From Candidatus Bathyarchaeota archaeon (GTDB lineage Archaea > Thermoproteota > Bathyarchaeia > Bathyarchaeales > Bathyarchaeaceae): 64,000 bases of DNA. How positions within the stretch are numbered: position 1 is the stretch's first letter; every line of letters begins with the position of its first letter. The notes under the pieces are model-generated. The model ran no database searches. It worked only from the letters and a program-made list of their open reading frames with translations, and had not been told where the DNA came from. The stretch is from positions 200,050 through 264,049 of the forward strand of contig CAWDYQ010000002.1 in assembly GCA_963806645.1 (NCBI GenBank), in the 5' to 3' direction. The translations under genes were made by a program, and so were the position numbers. Of this stretch, positions 8,654 to 18,669 are shown one piece after another.

Positions 8654-9844
8654 TTGAAAGGAGAACTCGACTCCATTTTAGCGGAAAAAAATGCAGAATC
8701 TTTGTTATTGTACTCGGACAGCCTAAAAGATGCAAACATGTATTATGTAACAGAGTTTTTGGCTCCAGACCCCTTTATCTTCCTTAAAAGAACTGAAAAA
8801 GATCCTATAATCATTGTTAGTCAGATGGAGTTTCAGCGCGCTAAAAAACAGTCTATCGTAGAAGATGTAAGATCTTTTCTTGACTATAACTACTCAACTA
8901 CAGTTAAGTCTGCAAAAGACCCTCAACTATGCACAATTGAGTTCATAGCAAAAGTAGTAGAAAAAGAGCTGGGAAAGGGAGCCAGGATTTGTGTTCCTCC
9001 AAACTTTTCGTTAATTTTAGCAGATGTGCTAAGGGCCGAAGGGTTAACAATTGAGCCAATGTTTAATGTTATCGAGAAAGCCAGAGAAACCAAAGATAGA
9101 CAAGAATTGGAGATAATTAAAGAGACACAAAGAATCAATGAAGAAGTAACTGCTGACGTAATAGAATTAATAGCTAACTCGGATGTTGGCAACAACAAAA
9201 CATTGTTGAGTAATGGAGAGTCGCTAACGGTTGGCAGACTTAAATCGTTTTTTGGAAAAAGATTCCTAGAAAATGGATGCATGCCAGAAGAAGATCTCAT
9301 AGTAGCATGTGGACCTAAATCTTCAGATCCACATTATATGGGTGCACCGGAAGACAAACTGAAGGCAGATCAGCCAATAATCTTAGATATTTTTCCTCGA
9401 AATATACAGAAACGCTACTGGACAGACATGACCCGAACAATAGTAAAAGGAAATGCTTCAGACAAAATCAAAGATATGTTTAATGCAGTTTCTGGAGCAA
9501 AAAACGCTTCTCTTGATGCCATCCAGGCGGGAGCATTAGGAAATGAAGTTTATGATGTTTGTTGTGACATACTTGAGAAATCGGGTTACGAAACCATAAG
9601 AAATGGTAAAAAGATTAGCCAGGGCATGACTCATGGTCTTGGGCATGGAGTAGGTTTGCAAATACATGAAAATCCTAGATTGAATGAATTTTCAAAGTTT
9701 CCTTTAAGGGAAAATGTTGTTATTACTGTTGAGCCCGGACTCTACAATCCACAAATAGGCGGGGTTAGATTAGAGGACATTATAGAAATAACGAAAAAAG
9801 GGTATAGTAACCTAACAAAAATGGAGACAATATTGGAAGTATAA
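8654..9844 (+). CDS. Xaa-Pro aminopeptidase/prolidase (M24)
   Basis: DPH, D...DMTRT, HGLGHGVGLQIHE, TVEPGLY and GVRLED motifs. Confidence 0.93.
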   Translation: MKGELDSILAEKNAESLLLYSDSLKDANMYYVTEFLAPDPFIFLKRTEKDPIIIVSQMEFQRAKKQSIVEDVRSFLDYNYSTTVKSAKDPQLCTIEFIAKVVEKELGKGARICVPPNFSLILADVLRAEGLTIEPMFNVIEKARETKDRQELEIIKETQRINEEVTADVIELIANSDVGNNKTLLSNGESLTVGRLKSFFGKRFLENGCMPEEDLIVACGPKSSDPHYMGAPEDKLKADQPIILDIFPRNIQKRYWTDMTRTIVKGNASDKIKDMFNAVSGAKNASLDAIQAGALGNEVYDVCCDILEKSGYETIRNGKKISQGMTHGLGHGVGLQIHENPRLNEFSKFPLRENVVITVEPGLYNPQIGGVRLEDIIEITKKGYSNLTKMETILEV

Positions 9845-9852
9845 AAGAAAGC

Positions 9853-10140
9853 TTATCCTCCGCTCATAAGGGACATTAAAATAACATTGTCACCCTCAGC
9901 TAGTTTGGTATGGACTCCACCAAGTTGACCCATAAGCACCCCGTTAACTGTAACCGAAAATCCCATTTTAACATCCATTAAACCCGGTTCATAAACATCT
10001 TTTTGGAAACCTGCACCGTGAATCCTAGCCAATTTATTTAACAATTCAGAAAGAGAAGCCCCCTCATCTAACTCGAGACACTCCTCTTTTTTATTTAGAA
10101 TATTCTTGATGTAACCGAAGTATTGAACCCTTATCTTCAA
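9853..10140 (-). CDS. MoaD/ThiS/SAMP ubiquitin-like sulfur carrier
   Basis: Beta-grasp size, VNG, LAEGD and C-terminal SGG; divergent from aor. Confidence 0.88.
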   Translation of the reverse strand: MKIRVQYFGYIKNILNKKEECLELDEGASLSELLNKLARIHGAGFQKDVYEPGLMDVKMGFSVTVNGVLMGQLGGVHTKLAEGDNVILMSLMSGG

Positions 10141-10450
10141 TTTTCAACACCATCAATCAGCTTAACATATAATTAATAGGTGGTATATCCGTTTGCTCGC
10201 GCATATTCATAATAATTTGAAGAATTATCCTATTTATCAATTCTGTGTGTTCGGAAATTAACGAAAAGTTTGAATATTAAGATATATCTCAGTTACGATC
10301 CGTTATGTATTGCAAATAATATCGAAGAAATGAGCAAAAAAATAACAAAAAAGAAAGATTATGTTTGTATTGAAGTCAAAATATAAAGATTAATATTTAT
10401 CTACCTTATTCACATAACATTCTCCAATAGTGATCAAAGGAGGAGTAAGA

Positions 10451-12319
10451 TTGAGTTATGCTAAACGAATTCTTTACGTAGACTTGACAACTGGAAAAAC
10501 TGAAGTTAAACCCCTAAATATGAAATTGGCCAGGGAATACATCGGAGGAATTGGTCTTGGAATGAAACTGTGGTTTGACCACTCCAAGGCTGGCGTAGAT
10601 CCATTCAGCCCCGAGAATCCCCTGATTTTCATAACTGGACCTTTGTCAGGAACCATGGCGCCATCAGCAGGAAACAGTTACGCCGTAGTCTCTAAATCAC
10701 CTTTGACAGGAACAATAGGTGAAGCAAAAGCTCACGGCTTCTTTGGTTCTGAAATAAAGAGGGCAGGATATGACGCAATTATTTTCACCGGCAAATCTGA
10801 AAAATTAGTTTACGCTTGGATTGATGATGACTCGGTGCAACTTCTCGATGCCGAGCACTTAAAAGGAAAGTCGCCTTCTGAGACGGATGATACAATCAGA
10901 GAAGAGATGGGCGATTACTATATTCGTGTGTCAGCCATCGGCGAAGCTGGAGAAAAGCTAAGCCGTATCGGTTGTATAATTAACGATGAATATCGTGCCA
11001 TCGGGAGGGGTGGCATGGGTGCTGTTATGGGTTCTAAGAACTTGAAAGCGGTTGCTGTTCGTGGAACAAAAGATGTGAACGTTGCCGACCACGAAGCGTT
11101 TACTGAGTTCGTGAGAACTGTTCATGAGCGCATGAAAGGTCCTGCGACTCGGAAATATAGGACCTTAGGAACTCCTGAGAATGTTCTTGTTTTGAATGCT
11201 TTGGCAGCTTTGGCTACACGAAACTTCACTAATGCAACTTTTGAGGGAGCAGAAAAGGTTAGTGGGGAGCATCTAAGTGAACATTATGTGAAGAAGATTA
11301 TTGGGTGTGCAACTTGTGGTATGCGCTGTGACCACATTGCTGTTGTTCCTGAAGGAGAATATAAGGGAAGTACGTCCCGTGTTGAGTTTGAGTGCCTTTG
11401 GTCTTGTGGTCCACTCTGTGGGGTTGATCGTCTAGATGCAATCATTGAAGCTATCCGTCTAGCTGACTACTATGGCTTGGACGGAATATCCATTGGTGTA
11501 ATAGTAGCTATGGCTATGGACCTTTACGAGCACGGCATAATAACCGATAAGGAAACTGACGGAATAAAACTCAATTTCGGCAATCATGAGGCACTAGTGG
11601 AGGCGATTAAGAGAATTGGTACCCGAACTGGTTGGTTCGGAGAAACCTTTGCTGAAGGAACACAAAGAGCGGCTGAAATAATTGGTGGAGACGCATACAA
11701 GTACGCTAATCACATCAAGGGAATGGAGTTGCCCGGCTACGACCTTAGGACACTGAAGACTGCTGCCTTAGGCTTTTCTGTTTCATTCCGTGGAGCCTGC
11801 CACCTTAGATCTGGGGCTTATTCACCTGACGTTAAAGGATCAGTTGATAGGTTCAAGATTGAGGCAGGACGAGGAAAGTTGATCAGGGATGGCGAAGACC
11901 TTTACAACGTTGTAGACTCTTTGATTTTGTGCAAGTTCTCGAGAGGTGTTATGTATGAAGGTCTCAAAGACATGGCAAAATACTATGAATTGGCAACTGG
12001 AATACCGATGACTGCAGAAGAACTGATCCTAGCTGGTGAGAGGATAAATAATCTTGCAAGGGTTATTAACATTCGTGAAGGTGGAGGAACCCGAAACGAA
12101 GATACTTTGCCGTGGAAGATAATGAACTTTCCAGTACCAGATGAAGGAATTGCAAAGGGAGCTGTTGTCAATCAAACAGAATTTGATATTGGTTTAGATG
12201 ATTACTATAAGGTTCGTGGCTGGACAAAAGACGGTATTCCTACACCAGAGAAACTAAAAGAAGTGGGATTAGATGACCTGATTCCCATTGTAAAGAAAAA
12301 GATTACAGCTATAAAGTAA
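10451..12319 (+). CDS. aor: Tungsten-type aldehyde:ferredoxin oxidoreductase family protein
   Basis: KSPLTG, GRGGMGAVMGSKNLKAV, CATCGMRC, GLDGIS and DSLILCKF motifs; TTG at 10451 after AGGAGG. Confidence 0.93.
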   Translation: MSYAKRILYVDLTTGKTEVKPLNMKLAREYIGGIGLGMKLWFDHSKAGVDPFSPENPLIFITGPLSGTMAPSAGNSYAVVSKSPLTGTIGEAKAHGFFGSEIKRAGYDAIIFTGKSEKLVYAWIDDDSVQLLDAEHLKGKSPSETDDTIREEMGDYYIRVSAIGEAGEKLSRIGCIINDEYRAIGRGGMGAVMGSKNLKAVAVRGTKDVNVADHEAFTEFVRTVHERMKGPATRKYRTLGTPENVLVLNALAALATRNFTNATFEGAEKVSGEHLSEHYVKKIIGCATCGMRCDHIAVVPEGEYKGSTSRVEFECLWSCGPLCGVDRLDAIIEAIRLADYYGLDGISIGVIVAMAMDLYEHGIITDKETDGIKLNFGNHEALVEAIKRIGTRTGWFGETFAEGTQRAAEIIGGDAYKYANHIKGMELPGYDLRTLKTAALGFSVSFRGACHLRSGAYSPDVKGSVDRFKIEAGRGKLIRDGEDLYNVVDSLILCKFSRGVMYEGLKDMAKYYELATGIPMTAEELILAGERINNLARVINIREGGGTRNEDTLPWKIMNFPVPDEGIAKGAVVNQTEFDIGLDDYYKVRGWTKDGIPTPEKLKEVGLDDLIPIVKKKITAIK

Positions 12320-12324
12320 AGTTA

Positions 12325-12834
12325 ATGGAGGAAAAAGAATTGCCTACTATACATGAAAAAAAGTTTGTTTCCGGAGACCCCGCTAAATGTATTGGCTGCT
12401 GTGTCTGCGAATATGCATGCTCGAATAAGCATGAAAATACATATAACCCAACCAAATCTAGAATACGAGCCATCCGCTTGAATTCATTTGTAAACCTAGC
12501 GGTATCCTGCAGGCTCTGCGAAGATTCTCCTTGTGTAGCTGCTTGTCCGCGAGAAGCATTGAGACAATCAGATGAAAATGGAATCATATTGGTTGATGAG
12601 GATAAATGTAATGGTTGTGGCTGGTGCATCGAAGCTTGCGATTATGGTGCTATACAATTACATCCTGAAACAAAGAAAGTCTTTGTTTGTGATCTCTGTG
12701 ATGGTGAGCCTCAGTGTGTGGAGTGGTGCCCTGAAGAAGCCCTAGACTATACAACAAAGGATGTTCTTTCACAAAAGGCCAGGATATCAGCGGTCAAAAA
12801 ATTGTTCCAAGATGCTCTCAAGTCTGAAGAGTGA
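12325..12834 (+). CDS. 4x[4Fe-4S] electron-transfer subunit (DmsB/HycB-like) partnered with AOR
   Basis: CIGCCVCEYAC, CRLC...CVAACP, CNGCGWCIEAC and CDLC...CVEWCP motifs. Confidence 0.9.
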   Translation: MEEKELPTIHEKKFVSGDPAKCIGCCVCEYACSNKHENTYNPTKSRIRAIRLNSFVNLAVSCRLCEDSPCVAACPREALRQSDENGIILVDEDKCNGCGWCIEACDYGAIQLHPETKKVFVCDLCDGEPQCVEWCPEEALDYTTKDVLSQKARISAVKKLFQDALKSEE

Positions 12835-12955
12835 AACCTTCTCTAAAAGTTTCGGTATTTAGTTGTTGGGTATAGGACAACGTCTTTACTCTAATATTGG
12901 AATCGTTTTGAGTTCCAAACCAAACTTTTTTGTGTTCGCCAAGTTGCAGGGCGAG

Positions 12956-13495
12956 TTATGGGATAATTTTTTGTAAAAGGATTGTTATTTTTGTTGCGGC
13001 ATTTTTAAGTGTCTTGGTTAGTCCTTCTCCAAAGCTAGTGTCCAATGGCTGGATAATGAGAAGACAGATTTTGGCAGCCGTGGTTTGTGTGAGGTAGTCG
13101 CAAAAGATTCTGAGGGGGAGAGTATGGGTTGATATTGATGTTTTTCTTATTAGTTGTGAGGGATCTGCAAGCAGTGCAGTTCCTGCCTCCTTATTTATTA
13201 TACCTGCGTCTATGAGCAGAATGTGGGTTGGTTTGAAGGCCACAATCTTCTGCATGTAGCTTTCGGGGATGGTTTCAGCTTCAATAAAGTACACATTCGT
13301 AGAATCCATTTTCTTCAGGCTTCTGACTATTTCGACGCCAACGAAGTCATCTTTCCGAAATGGGTTTCCTATGCCAACGATAATCGCCTTTTTTGCTCCT
13401 AAAAACCAGTCTTTTAGGCCTTTTTCGATGCTATTTTTTTGTTCTTTGGAATCATCCAATAGCCACACAACCCAAGAGGGATCAGTTAACTCCAA
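12956..13495 (-). CDS. hycI: Hydrogenase maturation endopeptidase, HycI type
   Basis: GIGNPFRKDDFVG, ETIPE, LIDA and STHTLPL motifs. Confidence 0.9.
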   Translation of the reverse strand: MELTDPSWVVWLLDDSKEQKNSIEKGLKDWFLGAKKAIIVGIGNPFRKDDFVGVEIVRSLKKMDSTNVYFIEAETIPESYMQKIVAFKPTHILLIDAGIINKEAGTALLADPSQLIRKTSISTHTLPLRIFCDYLTQTTAAKICLLIIQPLDTSFGEGLTKTLKNAATKITILLQKIIP

Positions 13496-13583
13496 ACACG
13501 AATAAAGATTCAGTTAATTTAAAATCTTAATCTATTTTGAGTGGATTAGGTTAAAACATGTTTACCGTTTCTGGTTTGTAATG

Positions 13584-14462
13584 TTAGTTTATGTTCAGTA
13601 TAGATGAGGGGTCTACCCTTAGTTCATCTATTGCTAATTCTTTGGGACTTAAACCCATGGCTAGTCCCAGCAGTTGAGTATAGTGAAGCACAGGAATTCC
13701 GAACTTCTCGCTTAGAAGTTCCTCTATCCGTGGTTGGTTTACATCAAACATTAAATGGCAAAAGGGACAGACAGTTATCAGAGCCTGAGCATTTACAGCC
13801 TTGATGTTTCTGAGTTTATCTCCGGCAAGATACAACGGAATCTTGTCATTTACACCGACTATTGGAGCTCCGCAACAGTCAGTCTTAAACATGTAATCCA
13901 AGCATTGTGCCCCAGTTGCCTCGATCAACATCTTTAATAAAACCGGATTTTCAGGATCATCAAACCCAATATACTTAGTCGGACGCAAAACATGGCAACC
14001 GTTATGTTCAGCCACCTTCAGTTTGGAAAGCGGTTTAACAATAGTTTCCTTTATTTTCTCTAACCCAACTTCTTCGATTAGAATCTGAATAATGTGCCTA
14101 ACTTTGATTTTTCCGCCCTTGAATTCTAAGCCATCCTCGTTCAAGTAACCATTAATCCGTTTTTTGAGCTTCTTATCCTCCAGAAGAGTCATGTTTGTCT
14201 TTCGAAGAGATCCAGCGCAGCCTGGACACAAAGTCAAAACATTCAAACCTTCTTGCTCTGCTAAACAGAGATTCCGAGCAGCCAATGTCAACTTAGCTTC
14301 ATGGTTCACAGCATCTATTGGCAACCCACAGCAGTTAAATTCAGGCATCTCAACCAACTCAACATCCAACTTGTTAAGCACTTTACGGGAAGATATTTCA
14401 TAACTGGAGATCCTGTAAGGAATAACGCAACCTAAAAAAAGCAGATATTTCAACTCGACCAT
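13584..14462 (-). CDS. hdrB: Heterodisulfide reductase subunit B
   Basis: Two CCG domains (FNCCG...CPGC; DCCG...CPFC), GCHVLRP and PVLHYTQLLGLA. Confidence 0.93.
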   Translation of the reverse strand: MVELKYLLFLGCVIPYRISSYEISSRKVLNKLDVELVEMPEFNCCGLPIDAVNHEAKLTLAARNLCLAEQEGLNVLTLCPGCAGSLRKTNMTLLEDKKLKKRINGYLNEDGLEFKGGKIKVRHIIQILIEEVGLEKIKETIVKPLSKLKVAEHNGCHVLRPTKYIGFDDPENPVLLKMLIEATGAQCLDYMFKTDCCGAPIVGVNDKIPLYLAGDKLRNIKAVNAQALITVCPFCHLMFDVNQPRIEELLSEKFGIPVLHYTQLLGLAMGLSPKELAIDELRVDPSSILNIN

Positions 14463-14463
14463 T

Positions 14464-15006
14464 TTAACTTGTCTCCGTTTTCATTTTAGAGACGTCTAAA
14501 ATGTCAAGAAGTCTAGCGATAGCATCAACATTGGTTTTAGGCAAAGGAGGTAAACCCTTCTTCATTCGATTCTTTCGCCTCAACTCGGGAATTCTATAGG
14601 CACATCCAGTCGTTTTTATGTTGCGAGTTATCTCCTCAAAAACGGGAGGTAAAATACCCTCTATTGCAGCCATGTTCCTAAGAGCCCTTAAGACAGCGGC
14701 AATATCTACGCCTTGAGGACAATGATCAACACATGTGAAACATGCAGCACAGAGCCAGATTGCCTCACTGGATAGAATCCTGTCCTTCATACCCAATAAT
14801 GTCATTCGGAGAAGCTTTCTGGGGTTGTAAATTTCACTAAAACGTGCAATTGGGCAATCAGCCGTGCAAGTCCCACATTGAAAACACAATTTTAGATTCT
14901 CTAGACCTGAAATCTCACCAAATTTATACTTAAACTTGGGATCCAAGTCCTCCATCTTAATTAGCCTTCTCGGTCTTATTCCAGCAGCAACCTTATTTTC
15001 AGACAA
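14464..15006 (-). CDS. hdrC: Heterodisulfide reductase subunit C
   Basis: CFQCGTCTADCP and WLCAACFTCVDHCP; TTG at 15006 preceded by GAGGT. Confidence 0.9.
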   Translation of the reverse strand: MSENKVAAGIRPRRLIKMEDLDPKFKYKFGEISGLENLKLCFQCGTCTADCPIARFSEIYNPRKLLRMTLLGMKDRILSSEAIWLCAACFTCVDHCPQGVDIAAVLRALRNMAAIEGILPPVFEEITRNIKTTGCAYRIPELRRKNRMKKGLPPLPKTNVDAIARLLDILDVSKMKTETS

Positions 15007-15111
15007 CGAATCAACCTCGAACTCTAGAAGGGCAGAAGTTACATGTTTTATCCGAGAGATAATCAGAGGAAAAACGTCTTTAATAAACGATACTAATCTA
15101 CGATAACCCAA

Positions 15112-15144
15112 AAATAAAGAAAAAATGAGGATACCGAAGTATCC
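15112..15144 (-). terminator. C(UUCG)G hairpin plus T-tract after the nfn/sud operon
   Basis: Minus strand GGATAC-TTCG-GTATCC (15144-15129) followed by TCATTTTTTCTTTATTTTT. Confidence 0.65.
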
Positions 15145-15153
15145 GCCTATGCG

Positions 15154-16563
15154 CTAATTAGCACCCTTTTTCTTTAGGATGTACTCGTGCATGTTCTTGG
15201 CAGCAGTCTTTCCTGCACCCATTGCACTGATAACCGTAGCCGCGCCGCTGACAACATCTCCACCGGCATAGACTCCTTCCTTTGAGGTTGCGCCGGTCTC
15301 CTCTTGGGTTACAATAGTCCCCCATTTGGTAGCTTCTAGCCCCTCTGTAGTCCGTTGAATAAGAGGATTCGGACTCTGTCCAATAGCTATAATCACGGTG
15401 TCCACGTCCATTATAAACTCGGAGCCTTCAATGGGAACGGGTCTTCTTCGACCAGAAGCATCTGGTTCACCAAGTTTCATCTTAATGCACTCCATACCTT
15501 TTACCCAACCAGTTTCGTCACCAATGAACTTCACCGGATTATTCAGTAATCTGAAGATGATACCTTCTTCCTCTGCATTCTCGACCTCTTCCTCACGTGC
15601 TGGAAGTTCCTCCTTAGACCTGCGATAAACTATATACACTTCATCGGCACCAAGCCTCAAACTGCAGCGTGCAGAATCCATAGCGACGTTACCACCGCCA
15701 ATAACAGCAACTTTCTTTCCAATCCGTATAGGAGTATCATACTCAGGGAACAGGTAACCCTTCATCAAGTTAACCCTAATCAAAAACTCGTTTGCAGAGT
15801 AAACTCCACCCAAGTTTTCGCCAGGAATTCTCATGAAACTCGGAAGACCAGCACCGCTGCCAACAAAAATTGTGTCAAAACCGTCAGCAAATAACTCATC
15901 AATAGTGTAGATACGTCCAATAGTATAGTTGGTTTTAACGTCAACACCAAGCTTTTTGATGTAGGTAACCTCAGCCTGTACAATTTCCTTGGGTAACCTG
16001 AACTCGGGAATACCATACATCAGAACACCACCAGCCATGTGAAGAGATTCGAACATCACAACCTCATGACCCAACTTAACTAAATCAGCAGCAGCAGTAA
16101 GACCGGCAGGTCCTGATCCCACAATCGCCACTTTTCCGTTAAAAGATGCTTTTTCCTTCTCAGGAACAGTCACACCCTTCCGCCGTTCATAATCAGAAGC
16201 AAATCGCTCCAAGCGTCCAATAGATATTGGATCACCCATCTTACCAATAATACATGACTTTTGGCACTGGTTCTCCTGAGGACAAACTCGTCCACAGACA
16301 GCAGGTAAACTGTTTTTTTCCTTCAATTTTGAGCTCGCAGCAAGAAAGTTCTTTTCTTTGATCTCTTTAATGAAAGCTGGAATGTCAATGTCAACAGGGC
16401 AACCAGTTACACAGAGAGGGTTAGGACATTGAAGACAACGTTCAGCCTCTCTAACAGCCTGTTCCTCATTGTAACCTAACGCTACCTCATAGAAGTTGTG
16501 AATTCGATCCAAAACATCCTGTTTCGCCATCTGAGTTTCATGCTTTCTCTGTTCTTTATCCAC
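15154..16563 (-). CDS. Nfn large subunit / SudA (GltD-like flavoprotein)
   Basis: RCLQC...CVTGCP, CGRVCPQE..C, GSGPAG, YGIPEFRLP, GGGNVAMD and GGDVVSGAATV motifs. Confidence 0.92.
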   Translation of the reverse strand: MDKEQRKHETQMAKQDVLDRIHNFYEVALGYNEEQAVREAERCLQCPNPLCVTGCPVDIDIPAFIKEIKEKNFLAASSKLKEKNSLPAVCGRVCPQENQCQKSCIIGKMGDPISIGRLERFASDYERRKGVTVPEKEKASFNGKVAIVGSGPAGLTAAADLVKLGHEVVMFESLHMAGGVLMYGIPEFRLPKEIVQAEVTYIKKLGVDVKTNYTIGRIYTIDELFADGFDTIFVGSGAGLPSFMRIPGENLGGVYSANEFLIRVNLMKGYLFPEYDTPIRIGKKVAVIGGGNVAMDSARCSLRLGADEVYIVYRRSKEELPAREEEVENAEEEGIIFRLLNNPVKFIGDETGWVKGMECIKMKLGEPDASGRRRPVPIEGSEFIMDVDTVIIAIGQSPNPLIQRTTEGLEATKWGTIVTQEETGATSKEGVYAGGDVVSGAATVISAMGAGKTAAKNMHEYILKKKGAN

Positions 16564-17398
16564 GTTTTACGCCTCCTGCAAGCTTATCGTGAATCATAGA
16601 CGCCATCCTCTCTTCGGGCAAGTATACACGTTGCCGTTGGATCAGCTCGTCAAAATCAACCTCAAGCCCATTAAACTCAGGACCATCCATACAGGCGAAT
16701 TTTGTTTCGCCACCAACAGAAACCCGGCAAGCTCCACACATGCCAGTACCGTCAACCATAAGCGATGCCAAAGTGACTAAAGTCTTCAAGTTGTAAGGAC
16801 GAGTAAGGTCAACAACCTTCTTCAGCAACGAAACTTGTCCCATAGCTACTGCATGATTAAATTTCTGAGCCTTAAGAACATCAGCCAAAAAATCTAGGCC
16901 TTCATATCCTTTGGAGCCATCATCTGTAGCAACATAGAAAACATCGCTGATTTTCTGTAGTTTCTCCTCATAAACCATATCATTTTTTGTTCTGCCAGCC
17001 GCCACAACAACAATCTTGTTTCCTTTATCAACAAGAGCCTGAGCCACATAATACAACGGAGCACACCATACTCCACCCCCAACAAGTAAAACCCGACCAG
17101 AACTGCTGAGTTCAGCAGGGTTTCCCAATGGACCAGAAAGATCTGTTATTGAATCACCTGCATTCATTTTCGCCAGCTTCTTTGTGGTTCTACCAACAGC
17201 ATGAAAGGCAGTTGCCACAGTTCCCTTCTCAAGGTCAACACCTGCTATTGTCAGGGGAACACGTTCTCCCTTTTCGTCTAGTCGAATAATGACAAACTGT
17301 CCAGGATTTGCTTTCTTTGCTATATCCATTGCATCAAGCTCGATTAGGTATATGTTGGGTGCAAGTTCTTTTTTGGTAACTATTTCATACATTAACAA
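16556..17398 (-). CDS. Nfn small subunit / SudB (PyrK-like FAD, [2Fe-2S])
   Basis: PGQFV, GERVPLT, GPLG, TDDGS and MVDGTGMCGACRV...ACMDGPEF motifs. Confidence 0.92.
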   Translation of the reverse strand: MLMYEIVTKKELAPNIYLIELDAMDIAKKANPGQFVIIRLDEKGERVPLTIAGVDLEKGTVATAFHAVGRTTKKLAKMNAGDSITDLSGPLGNPAELSSSGRVLLVGGGVWCAPLYYVAQALVDKGNKIVVVAAGRTKNDMVYEEKLQKISDVFYVATDDGSKGYEGLDFLADVLKAQKFNHAVAMGQVSLLKKVVDLTRPYNLKTLVTLASLMVDGTGMCGACRVSVGGETKFACMDGPEFNGLEVDFDELIQRQRVYLPEERMASMIHDKLAGGVKRG

Positions 17399-17409
17399 TC
17401 ACGTCCTTT

Positions 17410-18618
17410 TTAGTTGGTTTTGATCTCCGGATTAGGAATAGAAGAAATCTTTTTCTTAAACTCCTCCAGCTTCGCGGAAAATTCTCCAGGATACTTGGGA
17501 CTAACCCGGAAGCTATCAAAATGGTTTTCCAAGTTGTACTGTTTAAGAACCACTCTTAAAGCTGAGAAGTTACGTTCGCCCAAATATGTCCCTTCCTCGA
17601 GTTTACACATCTCTTCTGGGCAGATAACAGCCATAACACCGTCATAGCCTACACTTAATGCTTCCAGAACAAGAAAAGGGTCAAAACCTTTTGCGCATGG
17701 AAGCTCTATGATTGTGATATCGTCTGTAAGACATCCTTTTTGCACTTCATCCAAAGCAGAGAATTCGGACCATTGGCAAACAAAGAGCAAAACAGCTGGT
17801 TTACCCGAAGCTTTGACTTTGGCTGCTTTACCGCTGCAGTTCCTGATTATTTCGGACACGGGTTCAAACTCATAGCCTCTGACTTCTATGGCCTGATGTG
17901 GACAAACAAGGGCACAAGCACCACAGCCCATACAATCTTCAGTTTTAATTTCTGGTGTGCTAGCGTCCTTCCAGACAATTGCTTCGTAGGGACAGATAAA
18001 GACACATTTGCCACAGCCAACACATTTCTCAGTGTCATAAACAGCCTTCAAAGAATTCTTTTTAATGACCAAGTTGTTTGGGTCGTAGCCGAGCACATTA
18101 ACGGTGTCTTTAAGGAGCTCGAATCTGTTGATTCCAATTGTGCTTCCTTTCTTAAATCTGCAAAAGTCTTCTTCACATTGTAGAACAAGGATTTTTTCTA
18201 CTCCAGCAGCCAAGTTGTTCAGGTAGAATTCTGGTGGAATTCGCCCAACACAAGGCAAACGAAGGGAAACAAACTTGTCCATTTTTTCGTCTTTAACAGT
18301 ATCTTCTATATTGAGGGTGACAGGGTTGCTGCCTCTACATTCTAAAACAAGATTTTTTACTTCTTTCTCTGCCATTTCATCTTGGACTTTTTTAGTCAGC
18401 AAGTCAACATTATAGTATACAAGGTCGATTGCTGAGAGAGGGCAAGCGGTTACACATAACCCACATACCCGACATTCATCAATATCCAAGATGATTTTGT
18501 TCTGTTCTTCGTCCTTTGATATTGCTTCGAAGGGACAAACAGCAACACAAATTGCGCAGCGGCTACAATAGTCGTCTGCGATTTCTATTCCCGCGGTTCT
18601 ACATGGTTCTTTAGTCAT
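17410..18618 (-). CDS. Fusion protein: 2[4Fe-4S] ferredoxin - MvhD-like - 2[4Fe-4S] ferredoxin - MvhD-like
   Basis: Four CxxCxxCxxxCP motifs in two pairs; two domains with the MvhD/FlpD four-Cys pattern (LEC..LPCVGR..QCEEDFC; FVCQW..LPCAKG..ICPEEMC). Confidence 0.82.
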   Translation of the reverse strand: MTKEPCRTAGIEIADDYCSRCAICVAVCPFEAISKDEEQNKIILDIDECRVCGLCVTACPLSAIDLVYYNVDLLTKKVQDEMAEKEVKNLVLECRGSNPVTLNIEDTVKDEKMDKFVSLRLPCVGRIPPEFYLNNLAAGVEKILVLQCEEDFCRFKKGSTIGINRFELLKDTVNVLGYDPNNLVIKKNSLKAVYDTEKCVGCGKCVFICPYEAIVWKDASTPEIKTEDCMGCGACALVCPHQAIEVRGYEFEPVSEIIRNCSGKAAKVKASGKPAVLLFVCQWSEFSALDEVQKGCLTDDITIIELPCAKGFDPFLVLEALSVGYDGVMAVICPEEMCKLEEGTYLGERNFSALRVVLKQYNLENHFDSFRVSPKYPGEFSAKLEEFKKKISSIPNPEIKTN

Positions 18619-18648
18619 CTTGCTCTACACTCAGAAGTCATTTTTTCC

Positions 18649-18669
18649 TGAAGTATTGAGAATACTTCA
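18649..18669. promoter_or_regulatory. Perfect 9-3-9 inverted repeat, candidate operator
   Basis: TGAAGTATT-GAG-AATACTTCA between a minus-strand TATA-like CTTTAAG (about 18685-18691) and the ATG at 18618. Confidence 0.45.

Noticed and set aside
15007-15111. N-terminal extension of HdrC in the ORF track
   Set aside because: Overlaps terminator and promoter sequence; the SD-supported TTG at 15006 is more plausible
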